From contig JAXDAH010000141.1 in the NCBI GenBank assembly GCA_034679905.1, positions 1 through 41,079 of the forward strand: a DNA stretch of 41,079 bases, in the 5' to 3' direction. The position numbers were made by a program, and so were the translations under genes. The DNA comes from Methanomicrobiales archaeon (GTDB lineage Archaea; Halobacteriota; Methanomicrobia; Methanomicrobiales; JACTUA01). The notes below the pieces were generated by a model. The model searched no databases and had not been told where the DNA came from. It worked only from the letters and a program-made list of their open reading frames with translations. Shown here one piece after another: positions 1 through 9,080 of this stretch; positions within the stretch are counted from its first letter, which is position 1, and every line of letters begins with the position of its first letter.

Positions 1-610
1 CACCCCCGCTAATGCGATACCCTGAGGGGAGGATCCGTGGCGGTGATTCCCCATTTGCTCCCACCCCAGCGGTACGATACCCCCAGGTTGGAAGCCCCAG
101 GCGCGGTCCGCTCATCCCGCGGCGATGCTGTCGGGCTCCTGCTTGGGGATAAGAAAGCCTGTTCGCCCATCTAGGAAAAAAGTCCGTGACCAGGACCAGA
201 TTTCAGATAGCGCCGATTCTCTCGCCCGGTACCGGAAATCATCGCACTTAGGGAGGAGGAGGCCGGATAACGGATCGGGTCCGCATATCCTTCTCCTCGA
301 CTGACTGTCGATCTAAACCTGCACCTCCATTTCCCACCCCCTGAATCCGATAGGGTCTCGTCCGAAATGCAGTCGAGATCGCCTCCGACCAATCCCTAGA
401 GGAGGCATCCGAAATCGAACGATTGGCCCTTCGTAATACGGCTTCAGTGCCCATTATCTCCGATATCACCCTGCAGATCCATATGGGGAGATCGAGGGGC
501 CGTTCCCTTCTCCCCGTATCGTGCTACGACAGGGCGGATGGACGGGGATACAAGCGGAAGGATGGAGTGCACATATCGTCTGCAGAAAGGGCCCAGGTCA
601 GGCAGGGCCG

Positions 611-823
611 TTACTTCTTCTCTTTCTCTTCCTCGACGATGTGCAGGATCTCGTCGACGACATCGATCATGAAGATCTCGTCGAGTTCCATCGTCTCGTC
701 GCCGAGCATGTCTATCAGAGCGTCGCTGGCCAGATCGAGGGCCTCGTTCTCGTCGTCGGCGTACACGAGGATGTCTGCGGTATAGCGGATGTGGAACTTC
801 TCCTTCTCTGTCAATCGGTTCAC
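611..823 (-). CDS. small acidic hypothetical protein (about 70 aa)
   Basis: Trimmed from ORF 611..928. A TATA-like CTTTATAC (minus strand, about 871-878) lies inside the long ORF. In-frame GTG at 823, or TTG at 814 preceded by GAGGTG. Strongly acidic product (DDENEALDLASD..., EEEKEKK tail). No family recognised. Confidence 0.4.
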   Translation of the reverse strand: MNRLTEKEKFHIRYTADILVYADDENEALDLASDALIDMLGDETMELDEIFMIDVVDEILHIVEEEKEKK

Positions 824-966
824 CTCAAGCGCCCTGCGGGCAGGGCCTGCATTGTGACTCCTGCGGCCGGGTATAAAGAGGTTATGGATTGCCCTCAAGA
901 GAGCGTTTGTGCCTGCAGGATGCGGCATCGGAATCCTTTATGGCCTGGATTCTCCAATGGATCAGC

Positions 967-2253
967 ATGAAGAAGCCGATCCTTCAGGTGGCTCTGGATC
1001 TCCTGGATCTGAAGCGGGCGGTGCAGATTGCGAGGGACGCCGTGGACGGCGGCGCCGACTGGATCGAGGCGGGTACCCCGCTGATCAAGAGCGAGGGGAT
1101 GAACGCGGTGCGGACGCTGCGGGCGGCGTTCCCCGACCACGTGATCGTGGCCGATATGAAGATCGCCGATACCGGTACGATCGAGGTGGAGATGGCAGCG
1201 AAAGCCGGTGCCGGCGTGGTCTGCGTCCTCGCCGATGCGGACGACGCGGTGATCGAGGAGTGCGTTCGCGCCGCCCGGCTCTACGGCGTCAAGGTGATGG
1301 CCGACCTGATGGCGGTGCAGGACCCTGTCCAGAGGGCAAAGGAGCTGGAAGCGCTCGGCGCGGACTACATCAACGCCCACGTGGGGATCGATCAGCAGAT
1401 GGTCGGGAAGAGCTCGGTGTCGCTGCTGCAGAGCCTGGTCGGCGAGGTGGGGATCCCGATCGCGGTGGCCGGAGGGCTGGAGCCTTCGACGGCGGCCCGG
1501 GTGGCGGAGCTGGGGGCCTCCATCGTCATCGTCGGCGGGTCCATCGTGCGCTCGGCGGACGTGCAGGGATCGACCGCAGCGGTGCGGCAGGCGATCGACC
1601 GCCGTGAGGGCAGAGAGGAGAGGAAGGAGAGCCGAGACGAGGCGATCCGCCGCATCCTCCTCGAGGTCTCGGCCCCGAACATCTCCGACGCTCTCCACCG
1701 TAAGGGAGCCATGGTGGGGGCGGTCTCCCTCTGCGGGAACGTGAAGATGGTCGGGCGGGCGGTTACCGTGCAGACCTTTGCCGGCGACTGGGCGAAGCCG
1801 GTGCAGGCGATCGACCTGGCAGAGCCCGGGGACGTGCTCGTCATCTATAACGACGGCGGAACCCACGTCGCCCCCTGGGGGGAGCTCGCCACGCTCTCCT
1901 GCATCGGCCGCGGTCTTGCCGGCGTGGTGATCGACGGGGCGGCTCGGGACGTGGACGATATCCGGCGGATCGGCTTTCCCACCTTCGCCCGGGCCGTCGC
2001 CCCGAACGCCGGGGAGCCGAAGGGGTTCGGGGAGATCAACACGGAGATCACCTGCTGCGGGCAGATCGTGCGGCCCGGGGACTGGATCGTCGGGGACGAG
2101 AGCGGTGTCGTCGTCGTGCCGCGGGAGCGGGCCTACGAGGTGGCGCGGAGGGCGCTCGAGGTGAAGAAGACCGAAGAGCGGATCCGCCAGGAGATCCGGG
2201 AGGGGTCCACGCTCTCCACGGTGATGGAGCTCTTGAAGTGGGAGAAGAGGTAG
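967..2253 (+). CDS. bifunctional 3-hexulose-6-phosphate synthase (OMPDC/HUMPS fold) fused to an RraA-like domain
   Basis: ATG at 967 (MKKPILQVALDLLDL...). N-terminal half has HPS motifs (LQVALD, IEAGTPLIK, ADMKIADTG). C-terminal half is RraA/DlpA-like (ISDALHRKG..., GELATLSCIGRGLAGVVIDGAARD). Confidence 0.9.
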   Translation: MKKPILQVALDLLDLKRAVQIARDAVDGGADWIEAGTPLIKSEGMNAVRTLRAAFPDHVIVADMKIADTGTIEVEMAAKAGAGVVCVLADADDAVIEECVRAARLYGVKVMADLMAVQDPVQRAKELEALGADYINAHVGIDQQMVGKSSVSLLQSLVGEVGIPIAVAGGLEPSTAARVAELGASIVIVGGSIVRSADVQGSTAAVRQAIDRREGREERKESRDEAIRRILLEVSAPNISDALHRKGAMVGAVSLCGNVKMVGRAVTVQTFAGDWAKPVQAIDLAEPGDVLVIYNDGGTHVAPWGELATLSCIGRGLAGVVIDGAARDVDDIRRIGFPTFARAVAPNAGEPKGFGEINTEITCCGQIVRPGDWIVGDESGVVVVPRERAYEVARRALEVKKTEERIRQEIREGSTLSTVMELLKWEKR

Positions 2254-2258
2254 GATCT

Positions 2259-2693
2259 CTACTGGAAGGTGCTGCGCTCCAGGAGCTGCCCCTCATGTGC
2301 CAGGAGCTCGCGGATCGCCATGCGGGGATCGTCCACGCGGAGGATCAGCACGGCGGCGTCCTTGCCGCTGTAGGCGTAGGAGTACTCGATGTTGACGTTT
2401 GCCTCCCCCAGGATGCGGGCGATCTCGTAGAGGCCCCCGGGCTCGTCCCGCATCTTCACCCCGATCACGTCGGTAAACGAGACAATGAACCCCATCTCGG
2501 TCAGTTTCTTGTGCGCACGGTCCGGATGATCCACGAGCGCGCGGACCACGCCGAAGCCGTCGGCCTCGGCAATGGAGAACGCGAAGATGTTGATCTTCTC
2601 CTCCTCGAGCGCACGGGCGACCGCCGCCAGCCGCCCGGGCTTGTTCTCTGAAAAGACAGAGATCTGCTGGATGATGTACTTCTCTTTCTCCAT
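2259..2693 (-). CDS. ACT domain-containing protein
   Basis: 144-aa ORF with two ACT-like repeats (ISVFSENKPGRLAAVARALEEEKINI...; VKMRDEPGGLYEIARILGEANVNI). Its start abuts the stop of the upstream PaaK gene (2693/2694). Confidence 0.85.
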   Translation of the reverse strand: MEKEKYIIQQISVFSENKPGRLAAVARALEEEKINIFAFSIAEADGFGVVRALVDHPDRAHKKLTEMGFIVSFTDVIGVKMRDEPGGLYEIARILGEANVNIEYSYAYSGKDAAVLILRVDDPRMAIRELLAHEGQLLERSTFQ

Positions 2694-3995
2694 CTAGAGC
2701 ACCCTCTTGTCGACAACCCTTTTCGCCTTCCCCTCGAAGCGGGGGAGGGAGCCGGGCGCCACCAGCTCCACGTCGGCGCTGACGTTCAGCGAGTTCTGGA
2801 GCTTGTGGGCCACTTTCTTCTTTAAGTTCATCAGGTCGGGAATCTTGTCGGAGAACGACTCCGGCGAGAGCTCTACCCGCACCAGCATCTCGTCGAGGGC
2901 CCCCGTGCGGTCGACCACGATCTGGAACTGCCGCCCGACCTCCGGGATCCCCATCAGCGCGTGCTCGATCTGGGAGGGGAAGACGTTGATCCCCCGGATG
3001 ATCAGCATGTCGTCCACCCGTCCCTGGATGCGGGTGATGCGGGGATGCGTCCGCCCGCAGGGGCAGGGATCGTCGTTCAAGGTGGTGATATCCCCGAGGC
3101 GGAAACGGATCATGGGCAGCGCCTCCTTCTGCAGGATGGTCATCACCAGCTCGCCGCGCTCGCCCGGGGCGCAGGGCTCTCCGCTGTTCGGGTCCAGGAC
3201 CTCCGTCAGTGCGAAGTCGCTCCAGATGTGCATCCCCTTCTGCTCGGTGCACTCGGTGAAGAGCGGCCCCGACAGTTCGCTCGTCCCGTAGATGTCGAAG
3301 GCCCGTATCCCCAGCCACTCCTGGATGCGGTTCCGCATCCGCTCCGACCAGGGCTCGGCGCCCAGGATGCCGGTCCGCAACCGGGTGTCCTTCGCGATGC
3401 GGACACCCATCTTCTCCGCCACCTCGCCGATGTGGATCAGGTAGGAGGGGGTGCAGGCGATCGCGGTCGCGCCCAGATCCTGCATCAGCTCGATCTGACG
3501 CTCGGTGTTCCCCACGCTCGTGGGGAGTACCGTCGCCCCGATCCGCTCCGCCCCGTAGTGGAGTCCGAGTCCGCCGGTGAAGAGGCCGTAGCCGTAGCTC
3601 ACCTGCATCACGTCCCCCCGCCCGAGCCCGCAGGAGGTGAGCGCCCGTGCGAGCGACGTGGCCCAGGCGTCCACGTCCCGCTGGGTGTAGCCGACCACGG
3701 TCGGTTTGCCCGTGGTGCCGCTCGAGACGTGGTAGCGCACGAGCTCCTCCTTCCCCGCCGTGAAGATCCGGTCGGGATAGTTGTCCCGCAGATCCCGTTT
3801 GTACATGAACGGGAGCTTCGTCACGTCGTCGAGCGTGTGGATATCGTCGGGATGGATCTGCGCCTCGCGCATCCTCTCGTGGTAGAAGGGGCTGAAGCTG
3901 TAGAGCCGGTAGACCAGGGTCTTCAGGAGCCGGAACTGGAGTCTTTGAAGCTCCTCTCTCGGCATCTCCTCGATCCGCGGATCCCAGTAGCTCAA
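2694..3995 (-). CDS. paaK: phenylacetate-CoA ligase family protein (PaaK / coenzyme F390 synthetase-like)
   Basis: Adenylate-forming motifs SSGTTGKPTVV, YGTSE, and a C-terminal RGINVFPSQIE. The long N-terminal extension of ORF 2694..4553 is an Arg/Gly-rich artefact. TTG at 3995 is preceded by GGAGGG and gives ...SYWDPRIEEM, aligning with the paralog N-terminus. Alternative ATG at 3965. Confidence 0.88.
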   Translation of the reverse strand: MSYWDPRIEEMPREELQRLQFRLLKTLVYRLYSFSPFYHERMREAQIHPDDIHTLDDVTKLPFMYKRDLRDNYPDRIFTAGKEELVRYHVSSGTTGKPTVVGYTQRDVDAWATSLARALTSCGLGRGDVMQVSYGYGLFTGGLGLHYGAERIGATVLPTSVGNTERQIELMQDLGATAIACTPSYLIHIGEVAEKMGVRIAKDTRLRTGILGAEPWSERMRNRIQEWLGIRAFDIYGTSELSGPLFTECTEQKGMHIWSDFALTEVLDPNSGEPCAPGERGELVMTILQKEALPMIRFRLGDITTLNDDPCPCGRTHPRITRIQGRVDDMLIIRGINVFPSQIEHALMGIPEVGRQFQIVVDRTGALDEMLVRVELSPESFSDKIPDLMNLKKKVAHKLQNSLNVSADVELVAPGSLPRFEGKAKRVVDKRVL

Positions 3996-5284
3996 TACAA
4001 TCCCTCCCGGTGATCGACGACCCGGCGCGCCTTCCCCTCGAATCGGGGCAGGGAGCCGGGCTCCACCAGCTTCACGGCGGTCCGCAGCCCGAGCGCGTCG
4101 TGCAGGGCCCGGGCCACCTGCTGCTGGATCCTGGCGAGATCCCGCAGCTCCCCGCTGAAGAGCGCCCGGTTGATCTCCACCTCGATCGTCATCTCGTCCA
4201 TGTGGTTGATACGGTCTATGTGCACCATGAAGTGATCTCCCACCTCGTCCAAAGCCAGCAGTACATGTTCTATCTGCGAGGGGAAGACGTTTATGCCCCG
4301 AATGACCAGCATGTCGTCGCTCCTCCCGGATAAGCGGGCGATCTTCTGCCCGCGACCGCAGGCGCAGCCATCCTCCATCAACATGGTGATGTCGCCTGTG
4401 CGGTAGCGGACGAGCGGCATCGCCTCTTTCACGAGCGGGGTGATCACCATCTCGCCGCGCTCTCCCGGGCCCAGCCGCTCCCCGCTCGCCGGATCGATGA
4501 TCTCCACCAGGTAGCAGTCGTGCCAGATGTGCAGCCCGTCCCGCTCCGGGCACTCGAAGGCGACGCCGGGCCCGAACATCTCGGAGAGCCCGTAAGAGTC
4601 GTACGCGGTCACCTGGAGCCGCTCCTCGAGTTCGCGGCGCATGTTGTCCGACCAGGGCTCGGCGCCGAAGATGCCCGTTGTGAGGGAGGGGAGCTCCGCC
4701 TCCATCGACTCGGCAACCTCGGCGAGGTGCATGGCATAGCTCGGGGTGCAGTGGATGGCGTTCACGCCGAAGTCCTGGATCATCTCGATCTGCCGTTTGG
4801 TGTTACCGGTCGCCGAGGGGACGACGGTGAGCCCGATCAGCTCGGCGCCGTAGTGGAAGCCGAGCCCGCCGGTGAAGAGGCCGTAGTTCACCGCATTCTG
4901 GAAGACATCCCCCTCCTTGAGACCGATCATGGTCAGGTTGCGGGCGATCAGCTCCGCCCAGCGCGCCAGATCCTGCCGCGTGTAGCCGACCACGGTAGGC
5001 TTTCCCGTGGTACCCGAGGTGGTGTGGATCCGCACCACCCGGTTCATCGGCACGGCGAGGAAGCCGAAGGGGTAGCCCTCGCGCAGCTCTTTCTTGCTGG
5101 TGAAGGGGAGCCTCTCCACGTCGTCGAGCGTGCGGATGCTCTCGGGGGCAACTCCCGCTTCTGCAAACTTTCTGCGGTAGAACTCCACGTTCTGCGCCTG
5201 GGATAGCGTCCACTGCAGGGCGCTGAGCTGGTGCTCCTCCAGGGCGCGACCCTGCAGGGTCTCCATTTTCTGATTCCAGAACAT
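3992..5284 (-). CDS. paaK: phenylacetate-CoA ligase family protein, second paralog
   Basis: 430 aa starting MFWNQKMETL. Motifs TSGTTGKPTVV, YGLSE, RGINVFPSQIE. Its stop TGA overlaps the TTG start of the downstream paralog (TTGA). Confidence 0.9.
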   Translation of the reverse strand: MFWNQKMETLQGRALEEHQLSALQWTLSQAQNVEFYRRKFAEAGVAPESIRTLDDVERLPFTSKKELREGYPFGFLAVPMNRVVRIHTTSGTTGKPTVVGYTRQDLARWAELIARNLTMIGLKEGDVFQNAVNYGLFTGGLGFHYGAELIGLTVVPSATGNTKRQIEMIQDFGVNAIHCTPSYAMHLAEVAESMEAELPSLTTGIFGAEPWSDNMRRELEERLQVTAYDSYGLSEMFGPGVAFECPERDGLHIWHDCYLVEIIDPASGERLGPGERGEMVITPLVKEAMPLVRYRTGDITMLMEDGCACGRGQKIARLSGRSDDMLVIRGINVFPSQIEHVLLALDEVGDHFMVHIDRINHMDEMTIEVEINRALFSGELRDLARIQQQVARALHDALGLRTAVKLVEPGSLPRFEGKARRVVDHREGLY

Positions 5285-5368
5285 AGGAAAGCTCTTGTTA
5301 TGCTATTGCGTGGCAGTCCTTATTACCTTACCCTTTTTGCGGATCGCCGCCCGCCGCTGCAGGCTCGT

Positions 5369-7456
5369 TCAGGTCGCGCCGCCCCGGGAAGGGCGCAGGT
5401 CAAAAAGACGGTAGGCGCCGGGAGGAACCTGGATCTCGAAGCGGGCGCCGGTGCCCGGCACTCCGTTCTCTCGGACGGTGATGCCGGTGATCCCCAGGAT
5501 CTCGCGGATCAGGAAGAGCCCATAGCCGGTGTTCCTGCCGTAGCCCTGCCGGAAGATGAGCTCCTTCTCCGCCGCCGCAACTCCGACACCGTCGTCCTCG
5601 CAGGTGAGGATGACCCGATCCCCGTCGCGGCGGCAGTGGATCCGGATCTCGGTGAGGCGCTCGCCCCCGTGGCGAAGGGCGTTCTCTATCAGGTTGTAGA
5701 AGACCTTCTCCAGCAGGGGATCCGCGTAGATCTCCAGACTGTCCAGATCCAGGTGCAGGTTTACCCGGTTCAGGGGCAGGGATGCCGCGGCGGACTGCAC
5801 GGTCTCCCCGACAGACTGCCAGACCGGCATGTGGACGCCCATGTTCTGGTAGTCGCGGCTGAAGCGGATCAGGCCCTCCATCTTCCGCGAGACCTCTGCT
5901 GCCGTGGACAGGTACTTTCGGATCTCCGGATCCGTGCCGAACTCCTCGGCGAGCCGGACGTAGCCCTGCACGGCGGTCAGCTGGTTGAGGAGGTCGTGGC
6001 GCGTGACGCTCCCGAGCAGGTTCATCTTCTCGTTCGCCAGTCGCAGCGCCTCCTCCATCCGTCTCCTGTCGGTGATGTCCCACCCGACGGACTGGTACTC
6101 CGCGATCCGCCCGTCGGCATCCAGGATCACGCGGTCGGTCCACTGCTGCCAGCGCACCTCGCCGCCGGGCATGACGATGCGGTGCTCGATGGTCGCCACC
6201 GGGTTCTCCCGCGAGAGGGAGGCGAAGTGGCGGCGCAGCGGCTCTCGATCCTCCGCGGGGATCGCAGGGCGGAAGACCTTCCCCAGGATCGCGGAGCGGT
6301 CCTTGCCGAAGTAGCGGCAGTAGGCCTCGTTCACGAAGATGTGGGTGCCGTCGGGGAGATAGCGGGAGATGAACTCGGTCTGGTCCTCGACCACCGCCCG
6401 ATAGCGCCTCTCGCCCTCCCGGTGAGCCTCCTGGGTCTGCTCGAGGGCCTCCAGCATCCGGTTGATCGTCCTCCCCAGGTGCGCCAGTTCGTCGTCTCCG
6501 TTCACGGACAGCCTCGCTTCGGGATCGGCCTCGGTTCCGATCCTCGCCACGGAGGCGTTCAGCGTGGCGAGGGGCAGCAGCGTCAGCTTCTCCAGCGCAA
6601 AGAGGGTGACCAGCCCGAAGACCAGGCAGACGGAGAGGATGATCAGCGTGTAGGAGAACGTGCTCGCCTCCCCCTGCAGGTAGATGTCCCGCGGCATCTC
6701 CGCCCGCAGCACCGCCACCGGTGCGCCGTGGATATCGGACAGCACCGAGTAGACCGCCGCCGTCTCGGAAGAGACGGGCTGGACGATGACGGCGGAGGGC
6801 GTGCTCTCCTGCAGGACTGCGGGCGGAACTGCCGGATCTCCGGGCGGCAGCACCGCCAGGGAGAGGGCGGTCACGTCGCCGATATGGGCGACCAGATCCG
6901 GGTCCAGGTGCCGCCCCATGACCAGCGATCCCCGGCTCGGGCCCCCGTCCTCGCTCGTCAGGATAGGGCGGGAGGCGACCAGCATCGGACCCTCGGGGAG
7001 CTGCAGGATGCCGGCACGGGGTTCGGGCGCGAGGAGCGGGGAACCCGGGCGGGCTTCTGCGAGCAGATCCGCAGCGATCGGCACCGTCCGCTGGTTCTCC
7101 AGGTCGTAGGCGTTCCCCCAGACCAGCGCACCGGAGGCGTTGTAGAAGAGCATGGCGTTGATGTCCAGCCCGTAGAAGGTCTTATCCATCAGGTTGGTAT
7201 CGATGAACTGCCGGTTGCCATCCTCGACGAACGCGTAGGTGTCGTCCCAGGAGGCCCAATCGTAGACGGTGCTGTCCAGGTGGGAGAGGGTCTCCTCGAT
7301 CGTGCTCTCGGCGCGGTGGAGATTGCGGACTGCGACCTGCTCCTCCAGGCGGGCGTAGTCCTGCAGGATGACAAACGACGAGACCAGGGTCAGCAGCGTC
7401 ATCATGGCGATGACGGTAAGCGAGATGATGATGAGCGTCTTCTTGCGAACTTCCAT
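5369..7456 (-). CDS. sensor histidine kinase (TM, CHASE4-like, HAMP-like, PAS, HisK/HATPase)
   Basis: ATG at 7456 (MEVRKKTLIIISLTVIAMM..., an N-terminal TM segment). Periplasmic-type segment with DWASWDDTYAFV (CHASE4-like) and a second TM. PAS region, H-box LLGSVTRHDLLNQL, and an ATPase region NLIENALRHG...DDGVGV...GYGLFL. Confidence 0.85.
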   Translation of the reverse strand: MEVRKKTLIIISLTVIAMMTLLTLVSSFVILQDYARLEEQVAVRNLHRAESTIEETLSHLDSTVYDWASWDDTYAFVEDGNRQFIDTNLMDKTFYGLDINAMLFYNASGALVWGNAYDLENQRTVPIAADLLAEARPGSPLLAPEPRAGILQLPEGPMLVASRPILTSEDGGPSRGSLVMGRHLDPDLVAHIGDVTALSLAVLPPGDPAVPPAVLQESTPSAVIVQPVSSETAAVYSVLSDIHGAPVAVLRAEMPRDIYLQGEASTFSYTLIILSVCLVFGLVTLFALEKLTLLPLATLNASVARIGTEADPEARLSVNGDDELAHLGRTINRMLEALEQTQEAHREGERRYRAVVEDQTEFISRYLPDGTHIFVNEAYCRYFGKDRSAILGKVFRPAIPAEDREPLRRHFASLSRENPVATIEHRIVMPGGEVRWQQWTDRVILDADGRIAEYQSVGWDITDRRRMEEALRLANEKMNLLGSVTRHDLLNQLTAVQGYVRLAEEFGTDPEIRKYLSTAAEVSRKMEGLIRFSRDYQNMGVHMPVWQSVGETVQSAAASLPLNRVNLHLDLDSLEIYADPLLEKVFYNLIENALRHGGERLTEIRIHCRRDGDRVILTCEDDGVGVAAAEKELIFRQGYGRNTGYGLFLIREILGITGITVRENGVPGTGARFEIQVPPGAYRLFDLRPSRGGAT

Positions 7457-7536
7457 GATCGTTCCCGCCGCACCGTCAGAGGGATCGAGGTGGCAGGAGG
7501 GGCGGCTTGCACCTGGCAAGAGCTGTATTTAATATA

Positions 7537-7617
7537 ATTTTTATTTAAATTTATCTACTTATTAAATATAACTATATTTGATTATATTTACAAATAAACA
7601 GCAAAAATTGTTATTGT
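7537..7617 (-). promoter_or_regulatory. extremely AT-rich island with multiple TATA-like boxes upstream of the histidine kinase gene
   Basis: About 80 nt of almost pure A/T (tatttaatataatttttatttaaattt...) in an otherwise GC-rich context. It lies 5' of the minus-strand gene starting at 7456 and 3' of the gene ending at 7675. Confidence 0.5.
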
Positions 7618-7674
7618 TTGGGGAAGATACGAGGGTGCGGAAGATCGGTTGGAACGGGAGGGCGAGGGCGGGTA

Positions 7675-8961
7675 TCAGCCGCGGCGGATCACGCAGGTCA
7701 TGCAGTGGGCACCCCCATAGCCGCCGGTGGCGTTCGTGAGCAGGAGGGGGGTCATGTCGAGGCCGTGCGCATAGATGTCTGCCTTGTGCGGGAAGAACTC
7801 TGCCTCGTGGCGGAGGCGGGCATAATCGCGCTCCGCCTGAGCGAGCAGCGGCCCGTACTTCTGCGGATCCAGGTCGGCCTTCTCCTGGAGCCGCTTCAGC
7901 ACCAGGGGTGCCAGCACCGCCGAGTCGGGGGAGACGCAGACCCCTTCCCGGATGCAGAGGAAGTTGGTGGCATAGCAGAGCTGCTCGAGCGTGGAGATCT
8001 CGATCAGCTCCATCTCCTTCGCGGCGACGTACTCCCTCAGGCTCCCGCCCGGCCCCTCGCGCACATACCCTTCGGAGCCCCTGCGATAGACGTCCACGCT
8101 CGCCCGCTCCAGGAGCACCGGGGAGCCTACGGCCAGGTGCGGGGCGGCAATGTTGAAGTAGGTGTCCAGATGCATCGCCACCATGGGGTCGAAGCCTCCG
8201 ATGAGCGGGTGACGGGGGGCATGCACGACGGCCACCTCCTCGAACGAGAGTCCGTGCGCCAGCAGATCTCGCACCCCCTCTTCACTGGTGCGGGGGCCGC
8301 AGCCCACCAGCGCGAACGTGCCGGCGGGGATGAAATCCCCGCCCTCCAGACTGCCGCGGGCGATCCTGTGAGCAACCGGCAGCTCCAGCGCCCGCAGGGC
8401 GAGCGAGGAGAGATCCACCTCCCCGCTCCGCTCCGGGGTCGCCATCCGCCCGAGCACCATCCCGCGGTCGGTCGCCACCTGCTGGTCCCGCATGAAGTAG
8501 AGGTTGTGGAGGGGGTTGTCCAGCTCCACCCGCACGCGATCGCGGCTAATGGTGAGCACCGGATCGAGCACGGCGATTCCGAAGAGGTGTTCGGAGTCCC
8601 GTTCCCCCAGGGGCAGGGGAGAGCAGAGCTCGGCGCGGAGCCTCGGCGGCAGCTCCCCCTCCGGTATGGCGCACCGCCTCTCCAGCCGCTGGCGGGCGAG
8701 CTCCAGGAGATCCTGGCGGATCGCCGGCACGTAGCCCGCCCCCTGCACCACCGCCTCCTCGAGCCGCTCCACCCGGACCTGGAAACTGTTCCGCAACACC
8801 TCGACCAGGCGGCTGTGCTCCCGCTCGGCCTCTCCGAGGTTGAAGAAGCGCTCGTACAGGTGAGAACCCGGCGCCAGGAGGGCAAAGAAGACCTCGATCC
8901 CCGGAGCATGCACCATCACGCGGCGCAACGGCTCCCACTCCGATCCAGCCCCGGCCTGCAT
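7675..8961 (-). CDS. arginine deiminase-family (guanidino-group modifying enzyme) protein
   Basis: 428 aa with an ATG start. C-terminal GGYGGAHCMTC, the catalytic-Cys motif typical of arginine deiminase/amidinotransferase-fold enzymes. Internal LYFMRDQ and MHLDT motifs. Confidence 0.8.
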   Translation of the reverse strand: MQAGAGSEWEPLRRVMVHAPGIEVFFALLAPGSHLYERFFNLGEAEREHSRLVEVLRNSFQVRVERLEEAVVQGAGYVPAIRQDLLELARQRLERRCAIPEGELPPRLRAELCSPLPLGERDSEHLFGIAVLDPVLTISRDRVRVELDNPLHNLYFMRDQQVATDRGMVLGRMATPERSGEVDLSSLALRALELPVAHRIARGSLEGGDFIPAGTFALVGCGPRTSEEGVRDLLAHGLSFEEVAVVHAPRHPLIGGFDPMVAMHLDTYFNIAAPHLAVGSPVLLERASVDVYRRGSEGYVREGPGGSLREYVAAKEMELIEISTLEQLCYATNFLCIREGVCVSPDSAVLAPLVLKRLQEKADLDPQKYGPLLAQAERDYARLRHEAEFFPHKADIYAHGLDMTPLLLTNATGGYGGAHCMTCVIRRG

Positions 8962-9080
8962 GCTCAGCAGTAATCTCTACCTCCATTTAACCCTGCCCAT
9001 CTCGGAAAAACGCGAAAAAACGATGGTTTAATGTGAACGCGGAGGCCACTACAGGTAAAGAGAAGTCGAGGTGTGCAGCG

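Noticed and set aside
1-140. Active CRISPR array at the left edge (units spaced 61 and about 51 nt)
   Set aside because: The units are only about 70-75 percent similar, with irregular spacing and length. Real arrays have near-identical repeats. Kept only as a low-interest degenerate-repeat finding.
2694-4553. N-terminal extensions of track ORFs (2694..4553, 17805..18932, 21815..22462, 24875..25627, 31066..32829, 34442..35497, 38159..39646)
   Set aside because: The extensions overlap the upstream gene in another frame and have junk-like composition. Good internal starts with an RBS or TATA give products matching family-typical N-termini.
5231-7537. 768-aa plus-strand ORF, and the similar long ORFs 7618..8973, 8964..9920, 10822..12642, 13964..15784, 15288..17072, 28057..29193, 29589..30962, 30905..31966, 35782..37926, 37508..38890 and 38782..40002
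   Set aside because: All lie antisense or out of frame to genes with clear family signatures. Their translations are Arg/Gly/Pro/His/Asp-rich low-complexity strings, typical of stop-poor alternative frames in GC-rich DNA.
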